A stretch of DNA of 43,405 nucleotides, taken from a virus (lineage: Duplodnaviria > Heunggongvirae > Uroviricota > Caudoviricetes). Made by a program: the position numbers and the translations under genes. Each line of letters opens with the position of its first letter. Within the stretch, counting starts at the first letter, position 1. The stretch lies in the IMG/VR virus record IMGVR_UViG_2563366824_000007; one strand, 5' to 3'. Under the pieces are notes generated by a model that worked only from the letters and a program-made list of their open reading frames with translations, was not told the origin of the DNA and made no database searches. Shown here piece after piece: positions 41,409-43,405 of this stretch.

Positions 41409-41427
41409 CTATTCGGAGATAGCACTC

Positions 41428-41628
41428 ATGCAACACGAACTACAGCCTGATTCACTGGTTGATTTGAAATTCATCATGGCTGATACTGGCTTTGGTAAAA
41501 CCTTCATCTATGACCGGATTAAGTCCGGCGACCTGCCAAAAGCCAAAGTTATCCACGGGCGAGCAAGATGGTTATATCGTGACCATTGTGAATTCAAAAA
41601 TAAGCTCTTAAGCCGCGCCAATGGGTAA
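41428..41628 (+). CDS. torI: Excisionase / recombination directionality factor TorI
   Basis: 66 aa MQHELQPDSLVDLKFIMADTGFGKTFIYDRIKSGDLPKAKVIHGRARWLYRDHCEFKNKLLSRANG (winged-helix Xis-like); GGAG ribosome-binding site; adjacent to attR. Confidence 0.85.
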   Translation: MQHELQPDSLVDLKFIMADTGFGKTFIYDRIKSGDLPKAKVIHGRARWLYRDHCEFKNKLLSRANG

Positions 41629-41701
41629 AATAGCGGGTAAAATATTTCTCACATCTAAAAAACACCATTCCAATCAATCCCCTGCTGCTTCAAGTAGATG
41701 T

Positions 41702-41716
41702 CTGCAGGGGACACCA
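41702..41716. repeat. attR core, 15-bp CTGCAGGGGACACCA
   Basis: Exact direct repeat of the argW 3' end (1069..1083); flanking bases differ. Confidence 0.8.
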
Positions 41717-42157
41717 GATACCCTTCAAACCAAATCTACCTTCACCCCGTAAAAGATGGGTTTAGCAGCGCACTTGCCCTATATCTACTCATTTTTACTG
41801 CAACAGGTTGAAATCTCAGCACTGTCAGAAAGCGCTGATGACTAAACAGCCCTGGGCCGGGAGATGTAACCATCATACAGAATCCTGATAGCGAAATATG
41901 GCGTGACTCGATACTTCACTCTGCAATGCATTCCTTGATGAATTCGCAGGCCCGTGATACTCGGGACAGGTCGCTGAATGACGACAATGTCCTGGAAATC
42001 AGCGAACCGCGTATCCGGAGTACATTTGAGCGACTGTACCAGAACATGAATGAGGCGTTTGGATTAGGTGATTATTAGTTGGGCTAAGCATTTTTGTATT
42101 ATTATTTTCCGGTTGAGGGATATGGAGATATCGACAACAACCGGAAAAAGTTTACGT

Positions 42158-43405
42158 CTATATTGCTGAAGGTACAGGCGTTTCCATAACTATTTGCTCG
42201 CGTTTTTTACTCAAGAAGAAAATGCCAAATAGCAACATCAGGCAGACAATACCCGAAATTGCGAAGAAAACTGTCTGGTAGCCTGCGTGGTCAAAGAGTA
42301 TCCCAGTCGGCGTTGAAAGCAGCACAATCCCAAGCGAACTGGCAATTTGAAAACCAATCAGAAAGATCGTCGACGACAGGCGCTTATCAAAGTTTGCCAC
42401 GCTGTATTTGAAGACGGATATGACACAAAGTGGAACCTCAATGGCATGTAACAGCTTCACTAATGAAATAATCCAGGGGTTAACGAACAACGCGCAGGAA
42501 AGGATACGCAACGCCATAATCACAACACCGATAAGTAATGCATTTTTTGGCCCTACCCGATTCACAAAGAAAGGAATAATCGCCATGCACAGCGCTTCGA
42601 GTACCACCTGGAATGAGTTGAGATAACCATACAGGCGCGTTCCTACATCGTGTGATTCGAATAAACCTGCATAAAAGACAGGAAAGAGTTGTTGATCAAA
42701 AATGTTATAGAAAGACCACGTCCCCACAATAAATATGACGAAAACCCAGAAGTTTCGATCCTTGAAAACTGCGATAAAATCCTCTTTTTTTACCCCTCCC
42801 GCATCCGCCGCTACACACTGGTGACCCTTATCTTTAAAACGCATGTTGATCATCATAAATACAGCGCCAAATAGCGAGACCAGCCAGAAGTTGATATGGG
42901 GACTGATACTAAAAAATATGCCGGCAAAGAACGCGCCAATAGCATAGCCAAAAGATCCCCAGGCGCGCGCTGTTCCATATTCGAAATGAAAATTTCGCGC
43001 CATTTTTTCAGTGAAGCTGTCAAGCAAACCACATCCCGCCAGATACCCCAGGCCAAAAAAGAGCGCCCCCAGAATTAGACCTACAGAAAAATTGCTTTGC
43101 AGTAACGGTTCATAAACGTAAATCATAAACGGTCCGGTCAAGACCAGAATGAAACTCATACACCAGATGAGCGGTTTCTTCAGACCGAGTTTATCCTGAA
43201 CGATGCCGTAGAACATCATAAATAGAATGCTGGTAAACTGGTTGACCGAATAAAGTGTACCTAATTCCGTCCCTGTTAATCCTAGATGTCCTTTCAGCCA
43301 AATAGCGTATAACGACCACCACAGCGACCAGGAAATAAAAAAGAGAAATGAGTAACTGGATGCAAAACGATAGTACGCATTTCTGAATGGAATATTCAGT
43401 GCCAT
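42158..43405 (-). CDS. cscB: Sucrose permease (LacY-family MFS oligosaccharide:H+ symporter)
   Basis: 415-aa 12-TM protein starting MALNIPFRNAYYRFASSYSFLFF...; ATG at the window end; csc genes are known to sit at the argW locus in some E. coli. Confidence 0.75.
   Translation of the reverse strand: MALNIPFRNAYYRFASSYSFLFFISWSLWWSLYAIWLKGHLGLTGTELGTLYSVNQFTSILFMMFYGIVQDKLGLKKPLIWCMSFILVLTGPFMIYVYEPLLQSNFSVGLILGALFFGLGYLAGCGLLDSFTEKMARNFHFEYGTARAWGSFGYAIGAFFAGIFFSISPHINFWLVSLFGAVFMMINMRFKDKGHQCVAADAGGVKKEDFIAVFKDRNFWVFVIFIVGTWSFYNIFDQQLFPVFYAGLFESHDVGTRLYGYLNSFQVVLEALCMAIIPFFVNRVGPKNALLIGVVIMALRILSCALFVNPWIISLVKLLHAIEVPLCVISVFKYSVANFDKRLSSTIFLIGFQIASSLGIVLLSTPTGILFDHAGYQTVFFAISGIVCLMLLFGIFFLSKKREQIVMETPVPSAI

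Noticed and set aside
41717-42157. Short open frames between attR and cscB considered as genes
   Set aside because: All are under 30 codons with internal stops nearby and no ribosome-binding sites; probably degenerate junction sequence

Overview
This window reads as an E. coli/Shigella-type chromosomal segment: yfdC, the argW tRNA-Arg(CCU) gene, then a ~40.6 kb mosaic prophage of the SfV / KplE1 (CPS-53) type, then the sucrose permease gene cscB. The prophage is bounded by 15-bp direct repeats (CTGCAGGGGACACCA) at 1069..1083 (attL, the tRNA 3' end) and 41702..41716 (attR). From left to right it carries: a P4-type integrase; a gtrABC O-antigen glucosylation cassette with a low-GC GtrC; a Mu-like contractile tail module on the minus strand with an embedded low-GC lipoprotein moron; an IS3-family insertion (1258 bp, 3-bp ACC target duplication) in the head-tail joining region; an HK97-like head and HNH/TerS/TerL packaging module; a pinholin / SAR-endolysin / Rz / Rz1 lysis cassette; an AT-rich cargo island (AraC-family regulator, DUF523-DUF1722 protein, Blc lipocalin) between the Q antiterminator and the lysis genes; a lambdoid early region (Q, DUF968, KilA-N, RusA, O-like replication gene with internal iterons, cro-like gene, CI-like repressor); a rightward yfdP-yfdT operon; and the excisionase torI. 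The most novel-looking candidates are the tail-module lipoprotein, the Q-S cargo island, a convergent pair of small ORFs just downstream of cI, and a structured leader upstream of yfdP; none can be assigned a function from sequence alone. All calls rest on reading the sequence and on recalled protein-family features; no database search was run, so family names and gene symbols are provisional. Several ORF-track starts are GTG/TTG and were moved to in-frame ATGs with better ribosome-binding sites.
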